Assembly: GCA_963674705.1 (NCBI GenBank)
Contig: OY771506.1
Coordinates: 4,224,001 to 4,288,000, forward strand
Direction: 5' to 3'
DNA: 64,000 bases
From: Phycisphaeraceae bacterium
GTDB lineage: Bacteria; Planctomycetota; Phycisphaerae; Phycisphaerales; Phycisphaeraceae
Below, piece after piece: positions 1 through 9,661 of the stretch. Both the position numbers and the translations under genes were made by a program. Each line of letters opens with the position of its first letter. Within the stretch, counting starts at the first letter, position 1. A model generated the notes under the pieces. The model made no database searches and was not told where the DNA came from. It saw only the letters and a program-made list of their open reading frames with translations.

Positions 1-2
1 AT

Positions 3-518
3 ATATTTCACAAGTTTGGCGATACGGGCGTTGGCGCAATCAATTGCTTGTGTGGTGGTTACGAAACTGAGCCAATCTATATAGAACCATTTCAAATACC
101 TCCAGGCAATAACAAGATCCAACTTAGTGATAAAGCCCGTGAAACGCTGCTAAATGCGGGTTGGAAAGATTCGGTCGAATCTGCTTCTGCTGGTTCTGCG
201 GTTGAAGTATTTCTTAAAACATATGGTGATATCAGCTTTCAAATGATTAGAGGTGACAATTCTGAGGTTACGTATACATTTGGCATGATGACCTTTCCGG
301 AAAAATATCTTCTGGATAGTTCAAAATTCGTTGGCTATCGACTATATCCGGTCGGAAGCATAAGGACTTCACTATCTACATTGCCACTGCTTATGGATGC
401 AGAAGGGAGAATGTATTGCGGTATGGAGGACACCCCCGACCTGATCTGGTTTTATGGTGCATCGGGTGCAGATGCGATCAATAATATTATCGAAGGAAAG
501 TCGTTTAATCGTGTCTGA
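3..518 (+). CDS. SUKH-3-like immunity protein, 5'-truncated by the window edge, probably with tandem domains
   Basis: Motifs LLNAGW...FLKTYG...LYPVG...LLMDAEGRMY...GADAINNIIEG fit SUKH-3. The frame is open back to base 3 (IFHKFGDTGVGAINCLCGG, resembling the domain's C-terminal end). Low GC. Confidence 0.6.
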   Translation: MFHKFGDTGVGAINCLCGGYETEPIYIEPFQIPPGNNKIQLSDKARETLLNAGWKDSVESASAGSAVEVFLKTYGDISFQMIRGDNSEVTYTFGMMTFPEKYLLDSSKFVGYRLYPVGSIRTSLSTLPLLMDAEGRMYCGMEDTPDLIWFYGASGADAINNIIEGKSFNRV

Positions 519-524
519 CGAATG

Positions 525-846
525 GCCGGGTGCCCGTCTTTGACCCGCAGGGCAAAGGCGGCTGGCGCAGAGTGCCCGTCTTTGTCATGAGTGCACCGAC
601 ACAAGACATCTAATATAACTTATATTAGATGTCTTACACTATCGGCGGAGCTTGGGGCCTGGGATTCGGGCCACGCCCGGCTCGGGCAGTGCGATCTGTG
701 AATGCCTCAGCGCTCGGCGCGGGTCTCCCGACCCCGCCGGGTGCCCGTCTTTGACCCGCAGGGCAAAGGCGGTTGACGCAGAGTGTCCGTCTTTGTCATG
801 AGTGCACCGACACAAGACATCTAATATAAGTTATATTAGATGTCTT
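525..846. repeat. Two copies of a 111-bp direct repeat (525-635, 736-846), each ending in a perfect AT-rich palindrome
   Basis: Copies are offset by 211 bp with few mismatches. Palindrome AAGACATCTAATATAA-N-TTATATTAGATGTCTT at 603-635; in the second copy the arms extend to 19 bp (811-849). Confidence 0.95.
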
Positions 847-901
847 GTGCCGGGTGCCTTTCTTTGACCTTGCGCTCGGCGCGGGTCTCCCGACCCCGCC
901 G
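710..901. repeat. REP-like GC hairpin GCGCTCGGCGCGGGTCTCCCGACCCCGCCG, two copies (710-739, 872-901)
   Basis: Identical 30-mer seen twice. The associated motif GAAGGTCTCCAAG occurs near 913 and near 1327. Confidence 0.85.
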
Positions 902-1681
902 ATTCCTCGACTGAAGGTCTCCAAGTCCAAACGTCTTGCCCATCGCAGTCGGATTGAGATCGCTCTAAACCAATCCGAGTCAACGTGCAAATATCGCGCA
1001 CAGGGTAGGCTGGTTATCCACCACTGAATGGGCGCACAGCTCTGTCGTGTGCGCGCCGCATGCGCTTTACCGCGGTTCTGCGTGGTGGGCCCGTTATCGC
1101 GATGCTTCCGTTGCATAAAAAGACCGCCCGGCCGTGGGGCGCGGGGGAGGGCAATTGAACCCGAGTGCGACGGTGGCCGGCGCACGGATGTGTTATGGAG
1201 CTGAACGCTTCCATAAACCATCCGGGTGGAGGCTTCTTGGTTGTCGGTGCTCAGGGATTCCGGGGGGATCCGGGGGCTTTCCTGTGCTCCGCTCGGATCT
1301 TCCGTCGCTTCACCGATACCCCGGCCGAAGGTCTCCAAGCTCAGCCATGGGTCAACAGCGCCACCCACATGCGCACAACATGGTGGCTTCTACCTTATAT
1401 AGGTGGGCTTACCTGCGGGCGGTCCGCGGGATGGCCGCTCGGCGCGGCGATGGCTTTCAACCCACCCTCGGAAGCGGATATACGATAAACCACCTACCAG
1501 AAGCCAGTTATGCACACACCGGCAAAGCAAAACCGGCTAATAAGGGCCATAAACAGGGGGTATTTGGCAGCAGAGAACAAACTTCGTTATACTACCCGGC
1601 TCGCCGGATACTGCGGGGAATCTGCAGGTCTGCTGCATTGTACGCTCGATCATTAAAACGGATGAACGCCAGGAGCCAGAC

Positions 1682-2110
1682 ATGGCCAAGAAAGAGATCA
1701 CCACACAGTTCAAGATCCAGGCCCCAGGTGGGCAGGCTACGCCCGCGCCGCCGATCGGTCCGGCCCTCGGTGCCAACGGGGTCAACCCAGGCCAGTTCAT
1801 CCAGCAGTTCAATGATGCCACCAAGCATCTGAACGGCAAGGTCGTCGGCTGCGTGATCACGGTCTTCGCCGACCGTACGTTCACCTTCGAGATCAAGAGC
1901 CCGCCGGCTGCGGTGATGATCAAGGATGCTGCCGGGCTTGAGAAGGGCTCCGGCGTGCCCAACAAGGACAAGGTTGGCAAGCTGACGCAGGATCAGCTCC
2001 GGGCGATCGCTGAAGAAAAGGCCAAGGAACTGACCGGCCACAGCGTCGAAGCCATGATGCGAACCATCGCCGGCACCGCCCGCTCGATGGGTGTGACGGT
2101 TGAAGCCTGA
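1682..2110 (+). CDS. rplK: 50S ribosomal protein L11
   Basis: [44 protein letters not shown] Shine-Dalgarno upstream. Confidence 0.99.
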   Translation: MAKKEITTQFKIQAPGGQATPAPPIGPALGANGVNPGQFIQQFNDATKHLNGKVVGCVITVFADRTFTFEIKSPPAAVMIKDAAGLEKGSGVPNKDKVGKLTQDQLRAIAEEKAKELTGHSVEAMMRTIAGTARSMGVTVEA

Positions 2111-2263
2111 GCATGTGAGATGTTCAATCCGCAATGTTCAATCTAAAAAACAAGCTTGAACATTCAAAATTGAACATTGAAGATCAACACAAACGGCTTA
2201 CCACGTGCCACAAATCGTGGGAGATGAGCCCGACATGTTCGGGCAATCGAAAGGAAGGATTCA

Positions 2264-2947
2264 ATGGCCAAACGAGGCAAACGTTATGCCGCAGACAAGA
2301 AGGCACACGACAACAAAGAGCTGTTGCCTCTTGCTGATGCGGTAAACCGGATCAAGTCATTCAAAGCGACCAAGTTCGACCAGACGGTTGAATTGTGTAT
2401 GCACCTCGGTATCGACGCCAAGCAGGCGGACCAGATGATCCGCGGCTCGTTGTCTTTGCCTCACGGCATCGGCAAGAGCAAGCGTGTCGTCGCCTTCTGT
2501 GCGTCCGACAAGGTCGCGGAAGCCAAGGCCGCCGGTGCGATCGAAGCCGGTGCCGAAGAGCTGGTCAAGAAGATCGAGGATGGCTGGATGGACTTCGACG
2601 TCGCCGTCGCCAGCCCGGACATGATGCGTGTGGTATCCAAGCTTGGACGTACGCTGGGCCCCAAGGGCCTGATGCCCTCGCCCAAGAGCGGCACCGTCAC
2701 GCCGAACGTCGCCGAAGCCGTTAAGGAATACGCGGCCGGTAAGGTCGAGTTCCGTAACGATTCGGGTGGCAACGTTCACGCCGCCGTCGGCAAGTACAGT
2801 TTCGACGCCAAGCAGCTTGAAGAAAACGCCGAGGCGTTCATCAAGCACATCACCAAGATGAAACCGTCCAGCGCCAAGGGTCAATACATCAAGTCGATCT
2901 CGCTGTCAGCGACGATGACACCCGGCGTGGCCGTCGTGGTCGAGTAA
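2264..2947 (+). CDS. rplA: 50S ribosomal protein L1
   Basis: KFDQTVE, LPHGIGK, LGPKGLMPSPKSGTVT, ATMTPG. Confidence 0.99.
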   Translation: MAKRGKRYAADKKAHDNKELLPLADAVNRIKSFKATKFDQTVELCMHLGIDAKQADQMIRGSLSLPHGIGKSKRVVAFCASDKVAEAKAAGAIEAGAEELVKKIEDGWMDFDVAVASPDMMRVVSKLGRTLGPKGLMPSPKSGTVTPNVAEAVKEYAAGKVEFRNDSGGNVHAAVGKYSFDAKQLEENAEAFIKHITKMKPSSAKGQYIKSISLSATMTPGVAVVVE

Positions 2948-3004
2948 TCTGAATCCAAACTAACCACGCGGCGAGCGCCGCGATCGCCCGAAAGGGACTT
3001 AATC

Positions 3005-3556
3005 ATGAGCAAACCGGTCAAAAACCTGATCGTAGATTCCTACAAGAAACGCTTTGAAGGCCTCAGCGGCGGCGTCCTCGTTGATGTCCGTGGCATCAGC
3101 AGCAACGCCACCAACGAACTGCGTGCAGGCCTGGTCAAGAAGCACATCAAGATCACCATCGTCAAGAACAGCCTGGCGAAGAAGGCGTTTGAAGGCGGCG
3201 AGTTGCAGCCCCTCGGCGACCTGCTCGACGGCCCCAGCGCGATGGTCTATCCGATCTCCGAGGATGCCAGCGTCGTCAGCGTCGCCCGTGAACTGATCGA
3301 TGCCGCCAAGAAGCTCAAGAACCTTGAGTTCCGCGGCGCCTTGATGGAAGGCATCGTCTTCGGGCCCAACGAGATCGAGGCACTGAGCAAGTACCCGACC
3401 AAGGAAGAAGCACAAGCCAAGGTCGTCCAGATCCTGCTCAGCCCCGCGAAGAACCTGGTCGGCGCCATCACCAGCCCTGCCAAGAACATCGCCTCGATCC
3501 TCAAAACCATCGAGGAAAAACTCGAAAAGGGCGAAGAGATCAAGAAAGCAAGCTAA
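3005..3556 (+). CDS. rplJ: 50S ribosomal protein L10
   Basis: ELRAGL, IVKNSLAKKA, LDGPSAM, IEALSKYPTKEE; synteny with rplA and rplL. Confidence 0.97.
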   Translation: MSKPVKNLIVDSYKKRFEGLSGGVLVDVRGISSNATNELRAGLVKKHIKITIVKNSLAKKAFEGGELQPLGDLLDGPSAMVYPISEDASVVSVARELIDAAKKLKNLEFRGALMEGIVFGPNEIEALSKYPTKEEAQAKVVQILLSPAKNLVGAITSPAKNIASILKTIEEKLEKGEEIKKAS

Positions 3557-3752
3557 AACCAGTGGCTGTTGCCTGGTGGCTCGTGGCTGGTTAAGACAGC
3601 AGCATGAACCAACAGCAAAGTAACCAGCCACCACACACGAGTCACAAGACACCAACTAGACATCGCTCCCGACTGGCCCTTCGGGGTTAAACCGTGGCAC
3701 TGGGTCGCGGCCTCTCGGGTGGATCAATTAGAAGACGCAAGGATTCAAGAAA

Positions 3753-4139
3753 ATGGCAGAAGTAGAAGCAGCAATCAAGGAACTGGGTGACAAGATCGTC
3801 GGCCTGACCCTCAAGGAAGCCGTCGACCTGGGCGAATACCTCAAGGAAGAGTACGGCATCGAGCCGGCCGCCGGTGGCGCCGTTGTGATGGCTGGCCCCG
3901 CAGGCCCGGCCGAAGAAGCCGAAGAGAAGACCGAGTTCGACCTGATCCTGTCCAGCGCCGGCGACCAGAAGATCAAGGTCATCAAGGTCGTCCGTGAAGC
4001 GACCGGCCTGGGTCTGAAGGAAGCCAAGGACCTGGTCGACAACTGCCCGAAGCCGCTTAAGGAAGGTGTTTCCAAGGAAGAGGCAGAGGCTCTGGCCGAG
4101 AAGATCAAGGAAGTCGGCGGCGGCGTCGAGATCAAGTAA
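3753..4139 (+). CDS. rplL: 50S ribosomal protein L7/L12
   Basis: [34 protein letters not shown]. Confidence 0.99.
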   Translation: MAEVEAAIKELGDKIVGLTLKEAVDLGEYLKEEYGIEPAAGGAVVMAGPAGPAEEAEEKTEFDLILSSAGDQKIKVIKVVREATGLGLKEAKDLVDNCPKPLKEGVSKEEAEALAEKIKEVGGGVEIK

Positions 4140-4180
4140 CTGCAATAAGCCGATATGTTATCGGTCAATCAGAAATCGAT

Positions 4181-4216
4181 TACAAGCCGTCCCACAACGG
4201 GGCGGCTTGTATTTTT
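4181..4216 (+). terminator. Intrinsic terminator after rplL
   Basis: Stem TACAAGCCGTCCC...GGGGCGGCTTGTA followed by TTTTT. Confidence 0.85.
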
Positions 4217-4328
4217 GGCACGTTTATGCCGATGAAGAGGCTTAGGGCACATTCGTATAAATGACAATAATACTGTATAGTATTTTTATCCCCCAAAGTC
4301 CCCATCCCCTTGGGCACGGCGAATACAC

Positions 4329-5777
4329 ATGGCACAGAAACAATCCAATCGCGAGCGTCTTTTAATATGCTCATTTACGACGGTATTAGCGGTAGCCGCC
4401 TATTATCTGCTTCCCGCTTCCATGGACGAGTTGGCCAGGCGAACTGTAGCTATCTTTCTGGTCGGGGCCATCTTCTGGGCGACCGAAGTGCTGCCGCTGT
4501 ACGCTACCAGCCTCTGCATCATCGGCATGGGAATCCTGTTTCTAGCTGATAAGGGAGGCTTGGCAGATAAGCTGCCGGTGAGAGGAGACGGAATTCCGGC
4601 AGATCATAGCCTGAGCTATACGGTGCTCTTGTCCTCGTTCTCTTCCCCGATCATCATCCTGTTCATGGGGGGATTCCTCCTGTCTGCGGCGGTCACCAAA
4701 CACGGATTAGACCGTGCGATCGCGGCAAGAATCCTTCGTCCGTTCAACTTCCACCCGTTGATGCTGATCTTCGGTGTGCTGACAATCACCGCGTTCTTCT
4801 CGATGTGGATGAGTAACACAGCCACCACCGTGATGATGCTAGCGATCGTCAGCCCGTTGGTCCGCGAACTTCCGGAGGATGATAAGTTCCACCGTGCGGT
4901 CATCCTGGCGGTGCCATTCGGGGCGAATATCGGGGGGATCGGCACGCCCATCGGCACGCCGCCTAACGCCGTGGCCCTGGCTGCGCTAAACGACTTCGGG
5001 ATCAAGATCGGGTTCGTGGACTGGATGTTGATGGCGGTACCGCTGGCGCTCATCCTGTTAGTTGTCGCTGGACTATTGCTTTACCGGTTCTTCCCCCCAG
5101 GCAAAGACCTGACGCTGCCACCTCTGGATAAGCCAACCGAGAAGATCAGCACCAAGGGACGGTGGACGTTGATCATACTGTCGCTTGCGATTCTCTTATG
5201 GCTGACAGGTAAATTCCACGGCCTGGCTCCGGCGGCCGTCGCGCTGCTCGCAGCGGCTGCGCTGACCGCGTTTGGCGTGTTGCGTAAGCACGATGTCGAT
5301 TCGATCGACTGGAACGTGCTGATCCTGATGTGGGGCGGTCTGTCGCTGGGTAAGGCGATGGAAGTCACAAACCTGATCGGCTATATCGGTGACCTGCCGA
5401 TCGCAAACCTCACCGGCTTCGCCTTGGCAGCCACCATCGTCGTGCTGTCGGTAATCCTCTCGACCTTCATGAGTAACACAGCTACGGCGATCGTGATCAT
5501 CCCGATGGTCATTGCGCTGGTAGCAGGGCAGCATATCGAGGGACAGACACCGGAAGATGTCAGCCACCTGACGGCTCAGCTGGTTATCCTCACCGCGTTG
5601 GCGTGCTCGTTCGCGATGGCTATGCCTGTATCGACGCCGCCCAATGCAATCGCGTTTGCTACTGGCAAGGTTCCGGTATCGGCCCTGGTCCAATCAGGCG
5701 CCTTGGTATCGTTTATCTGTATCGTGGCATTGCTCCTTGGATACCAGTGGGTCCTGCCGGTATTCCCGTGGGCCTGA
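4329..5777 (+). CDS. SLC13/DASS family anion:sodium symporter
   Basis: Two MSNTAT motifs, GGIGTPIGTPPN, MPVSTPPNAIA; many TM helices. Confidence 0.93.
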   Translation: MAQKQSNRERLLICSFTTVLAVAAYYLLPASMDELARRTVAIFLVGAIFWATEVLPLYATSLCIIGMGILFLADKGGLADKLPVRGDGIPADHSLSYTVLLSSFSSPIIILFMGGFLLSAAVTKHGLDRAIAARILRPFNFHPLMLIFGVLTITAFFSMWMSNTATTVMMLAIVSPLVRELPEDDKFHRAVILAVPFGANIGGIGTPIGTPPNAVALAALNDFGIKIGFVDWMLMAVPLALILLVVAGLLLYRFFPPGKDLTLPPLDKPTEKISTKGRWTLIILSLAILLWLTGKFHGLAPAAVALLAAAALTAFGVLRKHDVDSIDWNVLILMWGGLSLGKAMEVTNLIGYIGDLPIANLTGFALAATIVVLSVILSTFMSNTATAIVIIPMVIALVAGQHIEGQTPEDVSHLTAQLVILTALACSFAMAMPVSTPPNAIAFATGKVPVSALVQSGALVSFICIVALLLGYQWVLPVFPWA

Positions 5778-5810
5778 CGCGCAACGACGGACCAGTATCG
5801 CGGCTATGAT

Positions 5811-7895
5811 GTGCTGCGAATGCCAATCCTTGCTGAAGACATCCTTGCCCCCGACGGCCCGATTGCCAGGCGTCTGGGAGATGTATACGAACACCGGCCC
5901 GAGCAGGATCGGATGGCGAAGTTCGTACGGGATGCGCTAAGCGAGGGACGCTGTGCTCTCGTCGAAGCCGGGACAGGCGTGGGTAAAAGCTTCGCCTATC
6001 TATTGCCGGTGATCGAACAGATCCTCGAGACAGATGATAAAGATCAGCGCAAGCGTATCGTGGTGTCGACGCACACGATCGCGTTGCAAGAGCAGTTAAT
6101 GCATAAGGACATCCCGCTGCTGCAGGCGGTGATTCCTGAGGAATTCTCAGCGGTGCTGGTCAAGGGTCGAGGGAACTATGTGTCATTGCGCAGGGCAAGC
6201 CGGGCGTGGGACCGCAGCGTCGATCTGTTTGATGACAACGCCAGCAAACGGTCGTTGGAGACGATCCTGGAATGGACCAGGACCACGGAGGATGGCTCGC
6301 TGGCGTCGCTGCCGGTGCTCGATGCGCCTATGGTGTGGGCGGATGTGCAGAGCGATTCGGAAGACTGCCTGGGCAAACACTGCCCGACATTCAACAAATG
6401 CTTCTACCAGGCTGCCCGTCGTCGGATGTTGAATGCCGACCTGTTGATTGTCAATCATGCCTTGTTCTTTGCCGACCTTGGGATGAAGCAGCATGGCTAT
6501 GGGATACTGCCGCCTTATGATGGCGTGGTGCTGGACGAAGCGCATACGGTTGAAGATGTTGCGGGGGAATACTTCGGTGTCACCGTTAGTCGTTTCCAGG
6601 TTCATTACCTGCTTTCCAGGCTGCATTCGGCTCGTCGACATAAGGGTTTTCTTGCAACATTGCGTATGAAGGTTGATGCAGAGCTGCACAATCGTGCGAT
6701 GCAGGCGGTGGAAAACGCAAGGCTTGCGGCCGACAGCTTCTTCGAGGATGTCCTGTTCTGGCAGGAGCGAGAAGGGCGGAGCAATGGGCGCGTCGACAAT
6801 CCCATACCGATCCAGAACACACTGAGCCCCGCGATGCAGGACCTGTCGCTGGCCTTGAAACGTGTGCGAGATCATATTGATGACGAGGCTGACCGGCTGG
6901 AAGCGGGTAGCTATGCGGATCGGGCGCAGGCGATCGCGATGGATGTGGCGGTGCTGCTTAAACAGGAATTACCCGACAGCGTGTACTGGCTAGAAGTAAG
7001 TCATACCGACGACGGCCGACATTCACGCGTCAAACTGTGCGGCGCTCCGGTCGAAGTGGCGGGGCTGCTTAAAGAACGTCTATTTGAGGCCTCGACCACC
7101 AAGCGAAAACCACTGCCGGTCATACTGACATCGGCGACACTGGCGACCGATGCGGCCAATCATGCTGCGGGCAATTCGCAATCGAGTCAACAGACCAAGG
7201 ATGCGTTCAGTCATATCCGATCGCGTCTGGGTTGCGAAGATGCCGGCACACTGCAGCTCGGTTCACCTTTCGATTATGCCAGACAAGCCGAGTTGATTGT
7301 CGACCGGACGATGCCCAATCCGAACAACGATGATTACTTTGCGCGTCTGTGCCCGGCTGTCCTGAACCTGATCGACCACACAAACGGCGGGGCGTTTGTC
7401 TTGTTCACCAGCTACAACCTGTTGCGAAAAGTCGCAGACTGGTTGCGTGAACCGTTACACGAACGAGGCATGCCGATGCTGGTGCAGGGCGATGGAGTGC
7501 AGCGGTCGGTACTGCTGGAACACTTCCGTGGCGATAAGCGAAGCGTGCTGCTCGGTACCGACAGTTTCTGGCAAGGGGTTGATGTTCAGGGAGAAGCGTT
7601 GCGTAATGTGATCATCACGCGCCTGCCTTTTACCGTGCCCGACAGGCCGATGATCGAGGCGCGTACCCAACGGATACAGGCTCGTGGCGGCAGCCCGTTC
7701 GTCGAGTATTCACTGCCCGAAGCGATCCTCAAGTTCAAGCAGGGCTTTGGTCGGTTGATCCGCTCGAAGCAGGACCGGGGGTGTGTGGCACTGCTGGACA
7801 GCCGTGTTGTGACCAAACACTACGGCAAGAAGTTCATCCATGCGCTGCCTGAGATGCCTGTAAAGCAGATCGGTTCAATCACGTCGGATATCTAA
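5811..7895 (+). CDS. dinG: DinG/YoaA family ATP-dependent DNA helicase (start may be ATG 5820)
   Basis: Q-motif RPEQ, EAGTGVGKS, LDEAH, TSATL, SFWQGVD, QGFGRLIR. Confidence 0.93.
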   Translation: MLRMPILAEDILAPDGPIARRLGDVYEHRPEQDRMAKFVRDALSEGRCALVEAGTGVGKSFAYLLPVIEQILETDDKDQRKRIVVSTHTIALQEQLMHKDIPLLQAVIPEEFSAVLVKGRGNYVSLRRASRAWDRSVDLFDDNASKRSLETILEWTRTTEDGSLASLPVLDAPMVWADVQSDSEDCLGKHCPTFNKCFYQAARRRMLNADLLIVNHALFFADLGMKQHGYGILPPYDGVVLDEAHTVEDVAGEYFGVTVSRFQVHYLLSRLHSARRHKGFLATLRMKVDAELHNRAMQAVENARLAADSFFEDVLFWQEREGRSNGRVDNPIPIQNTLSPAMQDLSLALKRVRDHIDDEADRLEAGSYADRAQAIAMDVAVLLKQELPDSVYWLEVSHTDDGRHSRVKLCGAPVEVAGLLKERLFEASTTKRKPLPVILTSATLATDAANHAAGNSQSSQQTKDAFSHIRSRLGCEDAGTLQLGSPFDYARQAELIVDRTMPNPNNDDYFARLCPAVLNLIDHTNGGAFVLFTSYNLLRKVADWLREPLHERGMPMLVQGDGVQRSVLLEHFRGDKRSVLLGTDSFWQGVDVQGEALRNVIITRLPFTVPDRPMIEARTQRIQARGGSPFVEYSLPEAILKFKQGFGRLIRSKQDRGCVALLDSRVVTKHYGKKFIHALPEMPVKQIGSITSDI

Positions 7896-7926
7896 CACAT
7901 CAAATGTAATTCCACCCGGCCCCGGC

Positions 7927-7975
7927 TTGACAGCGGCGATTATACTCCTATACTTCGCCAATCAACGAAGTATAG
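7927..7975 (+). promoter_or_regulatory. Sigma70-type promoter of the ars operon with an overlapping operator palindrome
   Basis: TTGACA(7927)-N16-TATACT(7949). Inverted repeat CTATACTTCG-N8-CGAAGTATAG (7948-7975) covers the -10 element. Confidence 0.8.
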
Positions 7976-7983
7976 AGGTCTCG

Positions 7984-8343
7984 ATGACGCCGTATATAGA
8001 CACCACCAAGGCTTTGGCCGATGAATCGCGGCTCCGCGTGCTGATGCTGCTGGAGCAGGGGGAGTTATGCCTTTGTCAGTTGATCGCGGTGCTTGAGTTG
8101 TCCCCGTCCACGGTATCCAAGCATATGAGTATCCTTTCGGCAGCGGGTTTAATCACGGTTCGCAAGGATGGGCGGTGGCACTACTACAAGCTCGCAGGTC
8201 GAGGGGCAGATCAACACGTGCGTGATGCTTTGAAGTGGGTCAGAGTCCACCTGAGGGATCAGCCACAAATTCAACAGGATCGGGATGCCTTGAGTGACAT
8301 TGCAGATAAATCATTGGAAGAGGTCAGTTGCTGTTACCGCTGA
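7984..8343 (+). CDS. arsR: ArsR/SmtB family repressor
   Basis: KALADESRL, ELCLC, SPSTVSKHM, C-terminal CC. Start moved to ATG 7984 because the track's TTG start is the -35 box. Confidence 0.92.
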   Translation: MTPYIDTTKALADESRLRVLMLLEQGELCLCQLIAVLELSPSTVSKHMSILSAAGLITVRKDGRWHYYKLAGRGADQHVRDALKWVRVHLRDQPQIQQDRDALSDIADKSLEEVSCCYR

Positions 8344-8372
8344 AAGCCGGCGGTTTAGAAAAGGAAGTGAAG

Positions 8373-9227
8373 ATGACAAACCAAACCAGTAACGATATCC
8401 ACGAACACGTTTCCAAACGTTACGGCGAGATCGCCCAGGATGGCGGTTGTTGCGGCTCGAAGACGGATATGGGCAAGCTGGAGCATGCTCAGGCGATCGG
8501 CTACAGCGCGGAAGAAGTCGCGTCGCTACCCGAAGGCGCCAATCTAGGACTCGGTTGCGGGAGCCCGACCTCGTTGACCATGATCGAACAGGGCATGACG
8601 GTTGTTGACCTCGGTTCGGGCGCCGGCATCGACTGTTTCCTGGCGTCGCCGAAAGTTGGGCCTTGCGGGCGGGTCATCGGTGTGGATATGACTGATGCCA
8701 TGCTCGAAAAAGCTACTGCTTATGCTGAGGAACACGGCTACAGCAATGTCAGTTTCCGCAAGGGGCACATCGAGGCGCTACCGATCGACGATGCAACCGT
8801 GGACCTTATCATCAGCAACTGTGTTGTTAATCTGTCTCCCGACAAACAGCAGGTGTTCTCCGAGATCAGGCGTGTACTGAAGCCCGGTGGTCAGGCAGCG
8901 ATCAGCGATATCGTGCTGCTCAAACCTTTGCCGGACGCGATCGTCAAAGACCTGGAAGCGTATATTGGTTGCATCGCCGGGGCGGAGTTGATCGAGGATT
9001 ACCTGGGGAAAGCGATCCGGTCGGGCCTTGATGTCAGTAGCGCGAAGCGCAAGGGTTACGACGTCATGCACGTGCTGTCCTGCAGCCCGAATACTGCGGA
9101 ACTGGTCGAAAAGATCCCTACAGAGTTTGTGGGCAAGGACTACGTCGCCAGCCTGGACCTCGTGCTGGCTCGGCCATGCTGTGAGCCGGTTGCGTTGAAA
9201 CAGTCCGGTTGCTGCTGTGGTTCTTAG
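8373..9227 (+). CDS. arsM: Arsenite S-adenosylmethionine methyltransferase
   Basis: [43 protein letters not shown]; Cys-rich termini; AAGGAAG Shine-Dalgarno. Confidence 0.93.
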   Translation: MTNQTSNDIHEHVSKRYGEIAQDGGCCGSKTDMGKLEHAQAIGYSAEEVASLPEGANLGLGCGSPTSLTMIEQGMTVVDLGSGAGIDCFLASPKVGPCGRVIGVDMTDAMLEKATAYAEEHGYSNVSFRKGHIEALPIDDATVDLIISNCVVNLSPDKQQVFSEIRRVLKPGGQAAISDIVLLKPLPDAIVKDLEAYIGCIAGAELIEDYLGKAIRSGLDVSSAKRKGYDVMHVLSCSPNTAELVEKIPTEFVGKDYVASLDLVLARPCCEPVALKQSGCCCGS

Positions 9228-9235
9228 CGGAATCG

Positions 9236-9661
9236 ATGGATATGCCGCAATCCAAACGTATCCTGGTGTTGTGTACGGGGAACCGCTGCCGATCACAGAT
9301 GGCTGAAGGTTGGTTAAGACACTACGCCGGTGAACGTGCTGAGGTATTCAGCGCGGGCACTGCGCCAAAGGGATTGCACCCTAAAGCGGCTGCGGTGATG
9401 TCCGAAGCGGGCGTGGATATCAGCCGTCATACATCGGATCACGTGGATCAATACCGCGATCAGCATTTTGACCTGGTGATCACGGTGTGTAATAACGCGA
9501 AAGAAACCTGCCCGACGTTTGCGGATGCGGATCGGTTGTTGCACCATGCGTTCGAAGATCCGGATATACCGGGCTTATCCGTGGTAGAGCAGGATGCGTT
9601 ATTTCGTCGCGTGCGTGATGAGATCCGGGACTGGGCGGCGGACCTGATCAAGCGCTTGTGA
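9236..9661 (+). CDS. arsC: Arsenate reductase, LMW-PTP/thioredoxin type
   Basis: LCTGNRCRSQMAEG, ITVC...CP, FEDP, FRRVRDEI. Confidence 0.92.
   Translation: MDMPQSKRILVLCTGNRCRSQMAEGWLRHYAGERAEVFSAGTAPKGLHPKAAAVMSEAGVDISRHTSDHVDQYRDQHFDLVITVCNNAKETCPTFADADRLLHHAFEDPDIPGLSVVEQDALFRRVRDEIRDWAADLIKRL

Noticed and set aside
603..849. Protelomerase (telRL) site
   Set aside because: The palindromes have an odd 1-nt centre, are duplicated within a REP-like context, and no protelomerase gene is visible.
525..901. CRISPR array
   Set aside because: Only two long copies, no regular repeat-spacer periodicity and no cas genes in the window.
796..1832. ORFs 796-1368(-), 1134-1832(+) and 1165-1488(+)
   Set aside because: Low-complexity translations across repeats or overlapping rplK, with no recognisable motifs.
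4265..4290. LexA SOS box upstream of the transporter-dinG genes
   Set aside because: CTGT is present but the ACAG half is missing. Only a short AATACT/AGTATT inverted repeat remains.
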